A stretch of DNA of 55,520 nucleotides, filler included, from Sphacelaria rigidula (Eukaryota), in NCBI GenBank assembly GCA_964200075.2. It is 5 parts of 5 records of this genome, joined end to end, with 100 filler letters (N's around TTAATTAATTAA, not from the genome) between each part and the next. Parts side by side here need not be neighbours in the genome. Positions count along the whole stretch, not along the records: positions 22,251 to 33,274 come from CAXNAA020005517.1; positions 33,375 to 44,397 come from CAXNAA020005518.1; 3 more parts are not named here. One strand, 5' to 3'. The notes beneath the pieces were generated by a model, which searched no databases, was not told where the DNA came from, and saw only the letters and a program-made list of their open reading frames with translations. Below are positions 23,474 through 36,394 of the stretch, in pieces. How positions within the stretch are numbered: the first letter of the stretch is position 1; each line of letters opens with the position of its first letter. The position numbers and the translations under genes are program-made.

Positions 23474-26400
23474 GTGGTCGTCGGAGACAACCGCTGCTTC
23501 AAGTTCGACAACGTATTCGCCACGGACTCGAGTCAGGAAGAGGTGTATCGCAAGACTACTTTGCCGCTCGTGAAGCGCTGCCTGGATGGCTTCAACGCTA
23601 CGGTGTTGGCATACGGTCAGACGGGCTCCGGGAAGACCTGGACGGTCGGCAATGCTTACGTGGTAATTGACCGTCTAGGCTTCACATATCCTACTAGTGC
23701 TGAGGGTACCATTATACTAACAACACTTGGCCCTATCGAATTCGTCTGGGTTTTCCAATAACACATGAATAGCGGGTTTCCCTGTTTGTTTTTCTGGTTC
23801 GCTCCGTTTTCTCCTCTCTTATTTTCAGTCGTCCCCTTCTCGACAGTTTACCTACGGGTACGTCTATCTCGGGATGAACGGCTGTGTTCGTAATGAAGCA
23901 GAAGCAGGGTGACGTGTGACGAACGATTGATAAATCAATCCATCTAGGGGGAGTCACATTTTGTCCACGTCCATTTCGTGTGAGACACGTGGGACGCGTG
24001 AGAAGCGCCCTGACAGCGCACTAGTAATTTTAACGGCATCGCGCAGGAACGGGCACTTTTTTTTTGGGGCAGTTCTGAAAGCATGCAAATATACAAATGT
24101 ACTATTCCTGTTGCCACGAAAGAGCCGTTAGACTCATTCATGCTCTATCCTGCGGCTTCTATGCTGCTGTAGAATATCCACATACGTACCGGAATCGGTG
24201 CTGTGCAGCCCGGGAGCCGGGTTCGAAGATTGCACCCCAAATACCAACGACCGATCGGCCTGCACCCTCATTGACTGATGGTCACGCGCTATGGGACAAA
24301 CACACACAGCCGCCTTTCCTCGCTCCTGTGCCTGGAAACTCAGGCACATTTGTGGCTTCAGTTCAAGAATCGTGAACGAAGATAGGCGAACAAAAAAAAT
24401 GCTTTTACGGAGGGGAGGGAACAAACCGTAATGCGTCTGTTCAACGTGTGTTGTCATCCCATCTATTCTGGATTCCATCCTACACCTTTCGGTATATGTG
24501 AGCGCATTAGCCGGGAGCACACAGGGTATTTTACTTGTTTTGGACGGGATTGACCGTCTCGGTACAACCGTGGTTTAGATTAGCTTGCAACCTCAGGTTC
24601 GCACTATTCCAAAGCAACCCCAATTGCGCGTGTTTGCCGGTGGCAGATGAACGGCGCCCCCGAGGATGCAGGGATTATCCCCCGTGCTGTGGTGGATATC
24701 TTTAAGCGGGTGGATGAGCTCACCGCGGAGGGTGTCAAGGCTTCTGTTCATGCCTCCTTCCTGGAGGTAAGCCACGAGAAATACGAGAAATACGCGGAGC
24801 TATCGGGTCAAATCGATCCGTGCTAGAGGTAGATGATTTATTTCGAATTTTTTATGGGCGGTGACCTGCTGCTGTTGTCATGTACTCGGTCGGCGTGAGG
24901 CGTGAGGCATGAGGCATGAGGCGTGCCTATCGCTGAATTTACCGTACATCAACTCTCTAGTTGATGTGTACACTCGCCCCTCTGCCCGTGAAACACCACC
25001 CCGTAGCGCTTGTAGCTCCCGAACCATGACCCTCACTGTGCTCGAAGACGATTGTTTTCCTCGCAATTTCGTCTCCTTGCCCCCCACCCTCCCCTGGAGG
25101 TAGGTTCTTAACGAGGAGATCAGAGACCTTCTTGGTGAAGGCAAAGGAGCAGACACTGTCGGGACAGGAACGGGTGGGCTCCCACTGCGGGAGAATCTTC
25201 ACGGAGAAATAGCGGTGGCTGGTCTGAGTCAGCATCAGGTAGACTATTTACATGCCCCGGTTTGTTTGCTTGTTCTTTAACTTCACGGACTATCTGCAGA
25301 GGGAGAGCATCATCGGTCACCAATGTGCCGTTTTCACGTCGGTGCAGTATTTCCTCTCACTCGACGTACGCGATTCATCTGCTCGCTGGCCACAAATGAA
25401 CACGTTGCGTTCTCCTTGCCTACCATGTTTGGTGCGTACGCAATAAACCTTGCACATATTAGATAACGGGAGCGGAAGATCTCGGTATCCTCCTGGAGCG
25501 CGGTGCGCTGTGCCGAGCGACGGCGAGCACCAAGATGAACGCGCACAGTAGCCGCTCCCACGCTATCTGCACCCTCAGCTTCGAGGTGTCACGACCTGCC
25601 ACGGCCGACAACCCCGAAACGGTTTCCAATTCCAAATTCCACTTGGTGGATCTAGCTGGATCGGAGCGTGCCAAGAAGACTGGCGCTGAGGTATGACTGT
25701 GTGGTTGTTTGGAGTCGATTGTTGGTGGTCTGGTGCGGGGAGATGGGGAAGGGTGTTCATGATTGAGATCTATGCTTGTTCTCCCATGCTAGGAAGAATA
25801 TTACCCTTGTAGTGTCCATTTTGGCACGATATGGGGTTTCGGGGCAGGGAGGTAGTGTTTTGGGCACATCGTGTTGGAGCATCCAGGGCGTGCGTCAAAT
25901 CTGCTCGGCACTCACCATGAAACCCGACCGTGTGCCTGATTTCCGAAACTCTTTTGGTTGCTTGAAAAGAGTAAGCCAGTATATTTTCCGTCATGCAGCT
26001 CTGCCCCACGAGGAGATACGATTGCCATTTATTGCTGGTGCGCGATGTAGCGCGATGTAGCCCTCCATGGAAGGAATTCCTTACCCCTTGTGCATCTTTA
26101 CCTTGTCCGTTTAAGCCCAAACCTACCTTTACCACGTGCGAGTATTGTTTCTTGTCCCGCTTAGCCCCTGGCTGTTTTGAGTAGGGATGAGCGGCGGTAG
26201 CGGAGGTAGCACGGAAACTGATGGTTTGTAGCTTTCGCGACGTTCCCTGGGTTGGTGTACATGTGTGTTGTGCTTCGTCTTCGTATCTGGGTTGTGGTTT
26301 ATCCTCCTTCTATCCCGCATCATTTTTTTTTCTTTTTTCCCTACCCTCTTTCTCCCCCCCCCTTCCTCTCTGCAGGAGCGAGAGACAAACACTGATACAA

Positions 26401-29400
26401 GCACCAGTACGGTGCGATTTCTTGCTTCGCACCGTACTGGTGCTTGTATCAGTGTTTGTCTCTCGCTCCTGCAGAGCTCGTGGGTGAGAGCTCCTTACAT
26501 GTCTGAGATGTCTGAGTCGCGACGTGCTTCCACCGCCTCGTTCTGTTTCGTTATGTTCTCGTACAGTCCTTTCACCTGAAGCCGTTCGACAGGGGCTTGT
26601 CTTTCGTGTTCTCCTTTTTTTTTGGCGACACCGGTTCTATAGTCGATAGTCGATAATGACATGCCGTTCTCCATCTTTAACCTCGGTCTTGGGTACGCCT
26701 ATCCGCCGAATCGAATCATGTGCGACAGCTAATCAACCAGCCAATCCATCGTTCAACCAACTGACCCAGGGGAAACGTCTCCGTGAGGGAATTAACATCA
26801 ACATGGGCCTCTTGGCTCTGGGGAACGTAATTTCCGCCTTGTCGGGAGCGGGGGCTGGAACCAGTGGGGGTGAGGGGGGCGGGGCGGCGGGAGGAACGGG
26901 GAGCGCTGGCCGTGTATACGTTCCCTATCGAGACTCAAAGCTTACCCGATTGCTACAGAGCAGCCTGGGAGGAAACTCACACACGGTTATGATTGCGTGT
27001 GTCAGCCCCGCAGACAGGTGATGAAATGAAGTGCAGTGACAGGAGGTTGTGTTTATCCGTGGAATACCGAAGATGCAGCGTTTTTGGGTCGGTGTGTACT
27101 AACGCATCGTTCTGCAAGGTTGGGTTGGTCGTAGTTGTATGCGTGCCCGTGCCCCTTCAGCGTGATTCCGTATCATGTGCGATAAAAATGATATGGCTGA
27201 ATGAATCGCCTGCCATTTTAATCACTGTAAGTATTGTCGCGATCGTGTGTGTCTTACCTTACCCCGGACGTGTCTGACAGCAACATGGCGGAGAGTATCA
27301 ACACCCTGCGCTACGCTGGGCGTGCGATGAATATCAAGAACACGGCGGTGAAGAATGAGGGTATCGCCGGTGCGCCCGTGAGCTACGCCGAGGTAAAAGA
27401 CAGTATGGCCGCAGCTAGACCCCACCCGTCAACATTCCTCAGATCTCAGCACACCGATGTTTTGCATGAACCTCCGGGGCTATTACAAGCAAAAGTAAAA
27501 CATGTTAGATATTCAACCGTTTTGTTCTCGTCTTCGTATATATAGGAGCGACAAGGGCGTGTACCATACTACTAGCGAACACCATATCAAAACACAAGAA
27601 AAAATCCTCGACATGAGTATTTCCAACATGACCAACCTGATGGACACACCCCTTCCGCAGCCACAAACCAAACAAACAATATCACCCCGACCACAACCCA
27701 CAGCGCTGGCCGATGCNNNNNNNNNNACATGAGTATTTCCAACATGACCAACCTGATGGACCCCCGCCCCCCGCCCCAACACACTACACAGGTGATGTCT
27801 CTCCGGAAGCAAGTGCGTACGCTGGAAGTTGAGTTGTTGCACGCCCGAGTCTCCGGCCTCGCCGGCGTGGCCTTCGGGAGCCGCGGAGGGGAAATCCCCG
27901 ATGGAGCTGGAGCTGGAGCTGATGCAGGCAATGACGCCAGCAGCAAAGCAGTCCAAACAGCAGAGAATGAAGCGGCCAATTTACGAAGGTATGTGGGTGA
28001 TGTCATCGTGGGAGGAAGATGTCATCGTTGCCCGTCTTTGTAGTCACGAAGTTCTTGACCGCCGGGGCGGAGAAGAAGAGGGGTGGAGAAGACGGGGGGG
28101 TTACGGGGCGAAACAGTACTCCTCGTTTTGTAGTAACGAATGTTCTGAAACGCGATGAATTATTCCTGTCGTGGGGGAGAGCGTATATGCCGCTCCCGTA
28201 AATTTGCCTGCCGTATGGCAAGTGTGTGGTTTGCGAGCAAGAGTTCGAATTGAAAAGCGGGGCTACACAAGCTATTTGTGAAGCTTTAACCGAGGCTAAT
28301 GTTGTGTGCGCGTGTCACAGTGGACGAAACGCATTGGACGCCATGGGCTCCCTGTCGTTCATCATGCCACAACCATTCGCACTGCTTGATACCGACACTA
28401 GGGTCTTTCAACCATGTAGTCGCGACGCTAGACGGTGCGCCACTCATCAAGTATGCCTCGCCGCACTTTGGCGTTACATTACCTGCTGTACCGTGCAAAT
28501 AAATCTCAGGGCGAAAAACGCGCTCGAACTCCGAGTACTGGAGGCAACGAGGCACACGACGGCGGCCGTGGAGGGAGAGATGGCCGCCAGGCTGGAATCG
28601 GATCGTTGGCGCCTGCGTTGCGAGCAGGTGTGCACGAGAAATGCAATGCTTTCCGTGTTTTCCTTTCGATCCGGGAACATGGCACGGATCGCCAAATAGC
28701 AGTCGATGTCGCTTCCATCCCACAAGAATTTCCTGGTGATTTGCTGTGTTTTTACTTATTTTTTTCGCCATAAATATATTCCCCCTCAAAGCTATAATAT
28801 TGATCTGTGCCAAGTACACCACTGGACTGCGGCTGCTGTTTGTATTGATGTGTCTACGGTCCATTAGGTTGGTCGCTTCGTGTGCCGGCTCTGCTCAGCC
28901 TCGCATACTGTACCGCCGCATCCGTCCCATTTCCGGTGGATTAACGATCAGCCGACGTGTTTCCACGCTTATTATGTTTTCCGTGGTGTGCTCTCGAACC
29001 TCGGTTTCGATAATCATTTCTTTGAACTCCCATCCTCTCTAATCTGAGATTCTGTCAATTGACAGTCCGGCGAGTACTGGAGGATTATTTTTGTAGCCCT
29101 CGATGGGCACGAAGAGGATATGGGTGCTTGGCAGGATTCTCGTGAAAAAAGTAGTCAAAAGGCGTGTAGCAGCCCTTGCCATCGTTAAGGGAGGAGGACG
29201 TACGTTTGTTGTTTTCTGTAGTCACGTGTCATTCTGCTTCGTGAGGACATCTTCATGTGGACAGCTCGCGCGATCATCGCCACTGTCTTCCACACACGGT
29301 CGCCGCCCCTCAATCACAATTGAGCCGTCTGTTTGGTGTCATAACGCTCCTTCGAATTCTCTGGATAGATATCAAACTCCAAGCTTCCCTACTATTTGTC

Positions 29401-32400
29401 ACCCTCTATCTCCCTCTCTCTATCGCGTCCCGGAATGCTCCGTGACAACAGCTATCGGCGGTTCTTCAACAAGCGGCACCGGCTACCCTAGCTAGCATGC
29501 CCTCGTGGGCCACCGGTGAGAAGCAAGCTGGCGACAGCGATCATTTAGGGGACGACTCTGCCCAAGCTACGAGGGGCGCAGGTAGCGATGACGTGAAGAG
29601 CGAAGAGGCTTTCCCTGGAGACGGTGGTGCTGAGGACGGCAGAAGTGCGACGACCTCGGCTGCCGGTTCGTTGGCACACGAACTGCGACAAAGGGTATTC
29701 GAACTGGAGGCGCAGGTGTCAGAGCTGCAGGGGAATCTATCGGACGCGCGGGAGATGATGCGGGGGGTCGGTGGCGGTGTTGCTGATGGTGACGGTGAGA
29801 TACTGTACTGTACCTTCTGTGTTGACCTTCCTCCTATGTGACCCCGGCTGGTGCGCCCACATATACCGAAAGGTGTAGTCCGGCGTCTAGAATAGATGGG
29901 ACAACACTGTACCTATCTACACCTCTGCTTGACTTCGCTTGGTGGTTGGTGACGAGCATAGTTGAACAAAAGTCACTGCAAATAGTGGAGCACTCCACGA
30001 TCGTTGAACTCTTACGCGTGCAAAACGTTGCAGTGTGGTGTGGTGTGGTGTGGTGTAGTGTAGTGTAACGTTTGACTGCGTCGTCAAAAGGTCAACTCTG
30101 ACCTATCAACAATCGTATTGAACATCGTGTGCTGTCGACGACGAAGGGGTGTTGGGACGACGTCGTCGTGACTTGACTTGACTTGACTTGTATGCGGGAG
30201 GAAGTATTCACAGAGTATCCTTTCAGAGATTACTGATGTACCGGCACTTTCGCGCGTTCGTGTTCTGTCCTTTCATACCGCACGCAGTGATGGGCGCGAA
30301 GCTCGAACCCTGCCCCTCAAGTGGCGCAGCGGACGATATCTTCTCGTCATTCAATGCCGCGGGGAGTAACAGCAGCAACAGTGGCGGCGGAGGGGCCAGT
30401 GACCTCTTGCCAGACGGGGAAGACATCGGAGATGAAGACTGTGATGGAGGTGGTGCACGTACCGAGGAGCTGCGCCGAGTAGACGAGGAGATCCAAAACA
30501 AGGTATACTATTTACTGCTCCTGCTGCTGCCGCCACGATTTAGTCTCCTAAGATGACGCTATTTTTGTCAACACGTCGATCTTTGAGGTCTGTCAGGACG
30601 CTGTTGTTTACTATCCCTTGTTTCTTCTGTCGTAACCTTCCCTCCCCACGAATAGATCAATTAATCTCTTCTCGCTGATTGCCTTGCACCTTACATCGAG
30701 CATCGGGATACCATGACAGGCCGTCGACTCTAATCGAAATATTTTCCAACTGTTGTTTCCACATTTTATGAGAATGGAAATGGAGAAAGTTAATCTCAAA
30801 TCTATGCCAAAAACTGTAGCGTCTATGTACCAGTTTGACCACCAGCGTGCGACACGACTTTGTGTTGGGTAATGTATTCCAGATCTTTTTGCTTGCCATA
30901 TGCAGAAAATAACCGAAGATATTTGTGTTGGGCACAAGCTATGCATTTGTCAATTGCGGTAGGCAGGTCATGCCATGATGAGGTCGGGTTGGGGTGGGGT
31001 GCTGGTCACAGTTTTTCGTTGGCTGTGATCAAGTGGTGGAGGGTGACAAGTTCCCGCGCGCAATACAGTACGTTTGTACATATGGCTTATGCGTAAGCAT
31101 GTTTTTTATACCTTTGTGTTTCCTGGGGGCATGAAAAAGGGGCACAGGTAGCCCGACAGAGAGGTGATTCAGCGATTGCTGGCGCTACCGTCTTGTTTTC
31201 CGAGGATGTGGGGATAAAATAGATCACAATGACCTCAGCGAACCAGCGTGTCACCGTCCCTGTTTTTGTGCCTTGACAACCTTTTGCCCATGGCGAGCGA
31301 AATGCTCGATGCCATCTTCCACGCAGTACAAGGTGAACATTTGGTTTATGACTACATATTTATCGGATTGATTGTTGGGCTTGACGGCAGGTTGTTTCAG
31401 TGTTCTACACCGACAAGTGCTTGAGGCGCCGCCACGTTGACATCGTGTGCCCCAATTTTCCGACTTGTCTGCTTGTTCACACCTTGCCCTCTACTCTCAT
31501 CCGGTGAATTGTAAGGAACGCGAATTGCTGGTAAAGTCCGAGCAAGCACAGGCGTACGAGGCCATGAAAGGGCAGTTCGAGGGCCTTCTCGGTCGGCTCC
31601 AGGTGACTGCTGACTGGTTTTTCCGTATAGTAGCGGTGCGCAATGGAGGTTTGAGACAAGATCACTTTTCGATGTTTCGCTGGAGTTTAGGGGGAGCACG
31701 TGCAACATCCTCTTGCATCGTTTGTGTTGACGGTTTTTGCAGCGAAGGGAAACGATGTCTGTACCGTACAATACCATTATACTGCAAACCAAAGATTGTC
31801 AAGGGGCTTTGTACTATAGTAACCCTTTAACGATGTGCATGCCGCAGTGTGAAGTGAACTCTAGTTCCGGATGTAGGAGAGAAAAAGTGAGCTACGTGCG
31901 TATATTAGGGGGGGGGAAAATAATGATTATGATTTTTTGTTCGAAGGGAATAGTATGCATTCAGAAGCGACCAGTGGCTTGCGAAAACGAGCCCCACAGG
32001 TGACGTTTTTTGTGCGCTATCTTGTTTTCGTGCGCTGATTTGTGCACAGGGCGAGGTGTCGAGTCTACAGACCGAGCGAGATGGACTCCTTCAAAAGCTT
32101 GCCGTCACGACCAAGGCGTCGCAGTGCACATCGTCCAGCGCACGCGGCGGCGGCGGTAAGAAGGGGACACCCGCAGACGACGGCAGAGGTGGGGCGTCGT
32201 TGGCGCGAATGAAAGCGCGCGTGGCGGAGCTCGAAGCCCGCATCAAAGAGAACAGGTTCGGAGACATTTCGGGGTCGACGAGAAAGTACGAAAGACACCT
32301 GACGTGTAGAAGCGCACATAGCATACTCCGCAGTCGGGTCGGCATCGTTGACAAACACTCGAAGCGCACATAGCATACTTGGCACATGATTTGTGACAGC

Positions 32401-32612
32401 TCCGCATTCGAGGAGTATTTTCCACCCGCCTTCAAGGTTACTCGTTTTATCCCCTGCACTATTATATCCTCTCCTGCGCCCCCGGGTGCAGAAAGAAGGT
32501 TGCCGAGCACCAAAGGGCAGAGAAGGAGCGGGCGGCCGCGGCGAAAGAAGCAGAGCGACTGAAGGCCGAAGTGGTCGAGGCCAAGCAACGCAGGGCCGAG
32601 TTGCAGCGGGTG
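23474..32612 (+). CDS. Kinesin-4 family (KIF4/KIF21/KIF27-like) motor protein, multi-exon, partial at both ends
   Basis: Phase-compatible GT-AG exons: 23474-23662, 24647-24766, 25104-25238, 25463-25690, 26770-27017, 27281-27392, 27792-27988, 28510-28627, 29452-29794, 30288-30502, 31516-31602, 32050-32255, 32492-32612. Motifs: FKFDNVF, P-loop [24 protein letters not shown], switch I NAHSSRSH, switch [60 protein letters not shown], followed by a coiled-coil stalk. Confidence 0.95.
24446..24527 (-). repeat. Partial copy of the SINE-like repeat in a kinesin intron
   Basis: The reverse complement resembles 20905-20990 (CACATATACCGAAAGGTGTAG...AGAATAGATGGGATGACAACACAC). Confidence 0.75.
26368..26476 (+). 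repeat. Perfect intronic inverted repeat (50-bp arms, 9-nt loop); candidate small-RNA hairpin
   Basis: 26368-26417 is the exact reverse complement of 26427-26476; the loop is TTTCTTGCT. Confidence 0.9.
29819..29907 (+). repeat. Partial copy of the SINE-like repeat in a kinesin intron
   Basis: Closely similar to 20896-20985. Confidence 0.8.
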
Positions 32613-33274
32613 GTGAGCGCTTTGTGTTTTTTGTTTATTTTATTGACGTTCGGACGGGTCCGTGGTCCAATGTACTAGTCTACTAGTCTCGAGGGATCAT
32701 CCCATCTCTCCCCTGGCACACGCTCTGCTTTTTGGTACCGTGGATTGAATCATGACTATCAAGCACTCCCGCACCGTGTCGACTGCGGCCAAATAACCTT
32801 TTTTTGCTACTCACTTGTTGAAGCATGATAGTCATGATCCAATCAGACATTTTTTTCAAAGAGAACGTTGATGTAGCTACTAGGGATTGAACATTAATCT
32901 TCCGACCACCGGGGCGCGGTCGTTACCATCTGCTACTGTATTGTGTGTAGCCGTGTCCATATGGCAAAAAAGAGAATGGAATCGCCGTACAAGAAAAAGT
33001 GTTGATACGGTCTAGGTGGTTACGCATGGGTGAAACCTGAGATACTTTGCTTGCACCGTGTCCGTGTGCTACGTGTGCGTGTGTTTCTGTCGTGCGGTGT
33101 ACAAAGGGTGGTGGTCGATACTTCGGAGAGGCTCGTATCCCAATCGTTTGAGTGATTTTTATGCTTACTTTTGTTTGTGCCTGCCCCGACACCTGTTGGT
33201 TTGATATGTTGATAACCCCCCCCCCCCCCCCCGTTGGCAAAGCAGTAGAGAGCAGGAGTCATATAGGGGCAGAA

Positions 33275-33374
33275 NNNNNNNNNNNNNNNNNNNNNNNNNN
33301 NNNNNNNNNNNNNNNNNNTTAATTAATTAANNNNNNNNNNNNNNNNNNNNNNNNNNNNNNNNNNNNNNNNNNNN
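33275..33374. other. Artificial scaffold linker
   Basis: N-TTAATTAATTAA-N, 100 bp. Confidence 0.97.
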
Positions 33375-36209
33375 CTCTTCCCCTCCCGCGCGCCCTTCCG
33401 ACCCCGATCTGTCTCGAAATTTCGAGCAACAAATGGCCCAAAATACCCCCCCCCCCCTATCGTAGGATGACTCAGGAGCAGCGGCTGGCTATGAAGAACA
33501 GTGCGCCTTTGTGCACTGGTGTTCTGTATACAAACCTGTAGTAAAAGACTTATTCTGCAGAAGAAAAGGGGGCCGCACGGCCAAATACACGAGCCCACGA
33601 TGGCTTGGTGCGGGGGTCGCGCCGGGCTGTTGAATTAAGAAAAGATTCAAAAGTCGTGCAGGTGGGACTGATATCGTTGGGCCTTGTGCAGGTGATGACA
33701 AATTGACAGCACGTTGACCACACAAGATGTGGCGTCGAACGCTACAGCAATTGCAAGTAGCAGGGCACGAATACACTTTACCGAGGGACACCCGGGGCAG
33801 AAGCTCGAGAGCTACTGACTACCTCGCGGTAGGTTTGACTACAACGCTGAAGGGAAAAGGGCAAAAGATCAACAGGCTGGAGTACACAGCTGCCAGCCAG
33901 GGATACAAATCGGTACAAGAAAGAAACGTAATAGAAGAAGTTCCTGAGTCAAACGCCAATGTGATATAAAGCAAGCAGCAGTACAATGCAAGGACACAGC
34001 TTGCAACCCAAGGCACAAGCTTGGCAGGCAAGGTTTTTACCGTCAGGCTGTTACAACTTGTAGATACCGTGTGACCTGCTCAGTATCCGAATATCAGACG
34101 AGGTTCACGCAATGGGTTCTTCACTTCTCTCTTAATTATCTTGATTCTAACTCCGATACCCACTCAATCAACCCAACCCAGACCAGCCAATATATCTCAC
34201 CGATGGTTAGACTTCCTTGTGCTGGCTTACAGAGGGAAGCAGTTGATAGTGGTTGGTAGGGGGGGCTTTGATCGTGAAGCACGATCAAAGACAAGCCATC
34301 CCTGTAATTATACAGGTTCACATTCGTATCCGACCAACTCTGAACAGACCTGTAGTCTTGTCTACCGGGGTTCCTTATCTACCGGGATTCCCAATATTAC
34401 CGAAAGCCAGACTTCGACAATGGGTCTGAAGCGGCATGACAACAGGTTAGTATGCATCTTCATGACACGTTTTAGTCCAGCCACATTCAGTCCAGCCTCC
34501 CCGCATGTTTGGAATTTTGATGACTAGTTCTCTGGGTGTGTTTGTTGTTGTCACTGCTCAACCCCCTGCCGCCAGCCAAGAGAGCTCGCCGCACGGGAGT
34601 ATTCCCTTACATCGTCTTGTTGCACGGGTCCTTGGTTACACCGTGTACTGCTAATGATACCGCCCTTGTTGTAGGCCGTATTTATGCCCGACGACTGTTC
34701 CAAGTTGAAGTGAGTTACTGCATTTCCACAATTCATCTGGATGTGATCGTTTGTTTGTTCTACCCCTATCCCGTGGCGCAGCCTGGTCAGCTGGCGATCC
34801 AAGTGTGTTCTCTTGTGTCATTCCGTTGCTCGTGGTGCAGTGCTCCCCCGGGAATGACGAGTCATACCGCCCTTGTTGTAGGCCGTATCTCCGCCGGACG
34901 ATTGCTTTGAGTTAGGTATTGCGTCCTGACGATTTTCTTTTTTTATTGACATCAAGTTTTGCTCATAACACGCGGTAGTTATTCCGCCACGCTGAACGAA
35001 AAGTTCTCACCAACGACCTTTGGCTTCTGAGTGTCGTCTTGGATGGGCTCGAGCCCACCCCCGCAAACGGTTTGAATTCGCACTTCGGGCACACCAAACC
35101 TGAATATCGGCTTCATCCCGGCTTTTATGTCCCTGTTGCTGCGTAGTCCCCCCCCATCGCATTGTACTTCACGCTGCACGCCGTTTTCAAGGCAGGTTTA
35201 ATACTTCAAACGCCCTGCCAAGGAAACGAGCGGGGTGCCACTCTCGCTATACGCGACGGATGTGTCGCGACGGAGTCAAAGACGTGGAGCTCACTTGGAT
35301 CTGCGTCCGGCCGGAGCAGTTGCTGCGATGCTATGCCGCAACTGCGTTTTCCCCTCCCTCTTCCCGGATTGTCTGGCATTCCATCCTTGTTCCGTTGGTA
35401 GATGAAGTCTACGCGTGCGTACCATTTAGTGATTTACTTTGTAGATGGACTTGCGTATGTGCTGTCTTGTTCAACATAGGTGCGTGAGTGTCACGTAGAT
35501 CCAACGTTTTCCATTTTGTGGATTGAATGTTTGATGTGTTGGATCGCAGCGATGCTCGCCTCGAAGAGGTGTGGGAGAGTCATGATTCTTTTTCGCTTCA
35601 TGCTTTTGTACGAGTGTAGTGTAGAAGAGCCCTTTCTCGTTGAATTTTCAAGTTCCTCGGCGCAATCATATATTGCCGAGGTGATGATGATTGAAATGCA
35701 TAAGGACTCGTCTAGGATGGGCTAGTGTGATGAAGCTTGGTGGCAGTAAGATATCACGATGTGCGGGTCTGCTCGTAGACCCTGGATTCCGTGACATGTT
35801 ATTCCTGCGTTTGCTACTGTCATTAGTTAGGAGTGTTTGGCTGCGGCCAGAGGTCGTGTCGACCCACCTCAATTAGTTACTGCCTGTGCCGTGGTCTACT
35901 CTGGGGCATCACTGTGCTCTGCTCCTATGGCTGCACACGTGGGCAGAGAGCACCCTGTGGAGGGGGTCTACAGGGTTTACGTACCCTGCACAATGTTTCT
36001 GGTGGGAATTTTACTGTACAGTGTTTTCCAGCGTAGCACAGGACGCTCCACAGGGTTTGTCTACAGTGGTCATGAATAGTGTGCATCACANNNNNNNNNN
36101 CCGTGAAGAGTTCATCGCTGCTGGCAATGCTGTGCAGTGTGTTTACGCAGAAACACTCCTCCACATGCAGCTGCGGGCGCAAGGTACTGGCGGAAAAAAG
36201 GACTGATTA

Positions 36210-36278
36210 AGGTTGGATGGGGAATCGAACCCACGACTTCATCGTTACATAGTCAACCGGATACATATCGAGCTTTAC
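36210..36278 (-). other. Degenerate tRNA-like sequence (tRNA pseudogene or SINE head)
   Basis: The minus strand has the B-box/T-arm GTGGGTTCGATTCCCCA, a weak A-box-like AGCTCGAT upstream and a T6 run downstream; there is no convincing cloverleaf. Confidence 0.4.
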
Positions 36279-36394
36279 ATGGTAGTCGTTGTGGATGGAA
36301 TGTATTCTTTGTACTTCTGAGTTTTGGGGCCCTCGAAGGTCCGTGTCAATAACACTGAAATCCCCCGAATTGTTTTTAGAGGCACAAGTGCAAT

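Noticed and set aside
27610..27765. Duplicated ACATGAGTATTTCCAACATGACCAACCTGATGGA in a kinesin intron
   Set aside because: The copies flank a short N gap, so an unresolved overlap cannot be told apart from a real duplication.
34979..35870. Gypsy integrase/gag relic (FRFGVPEV on the minus strand)
   Set aside because: One short motif in heavily decayed sequence is too weak to annotate.
36210..36278. Functional tRNA gene
   Set aside because: Only the T-arm/B-box is convincing; the acceptor, D and anticodon stems do not pair well.
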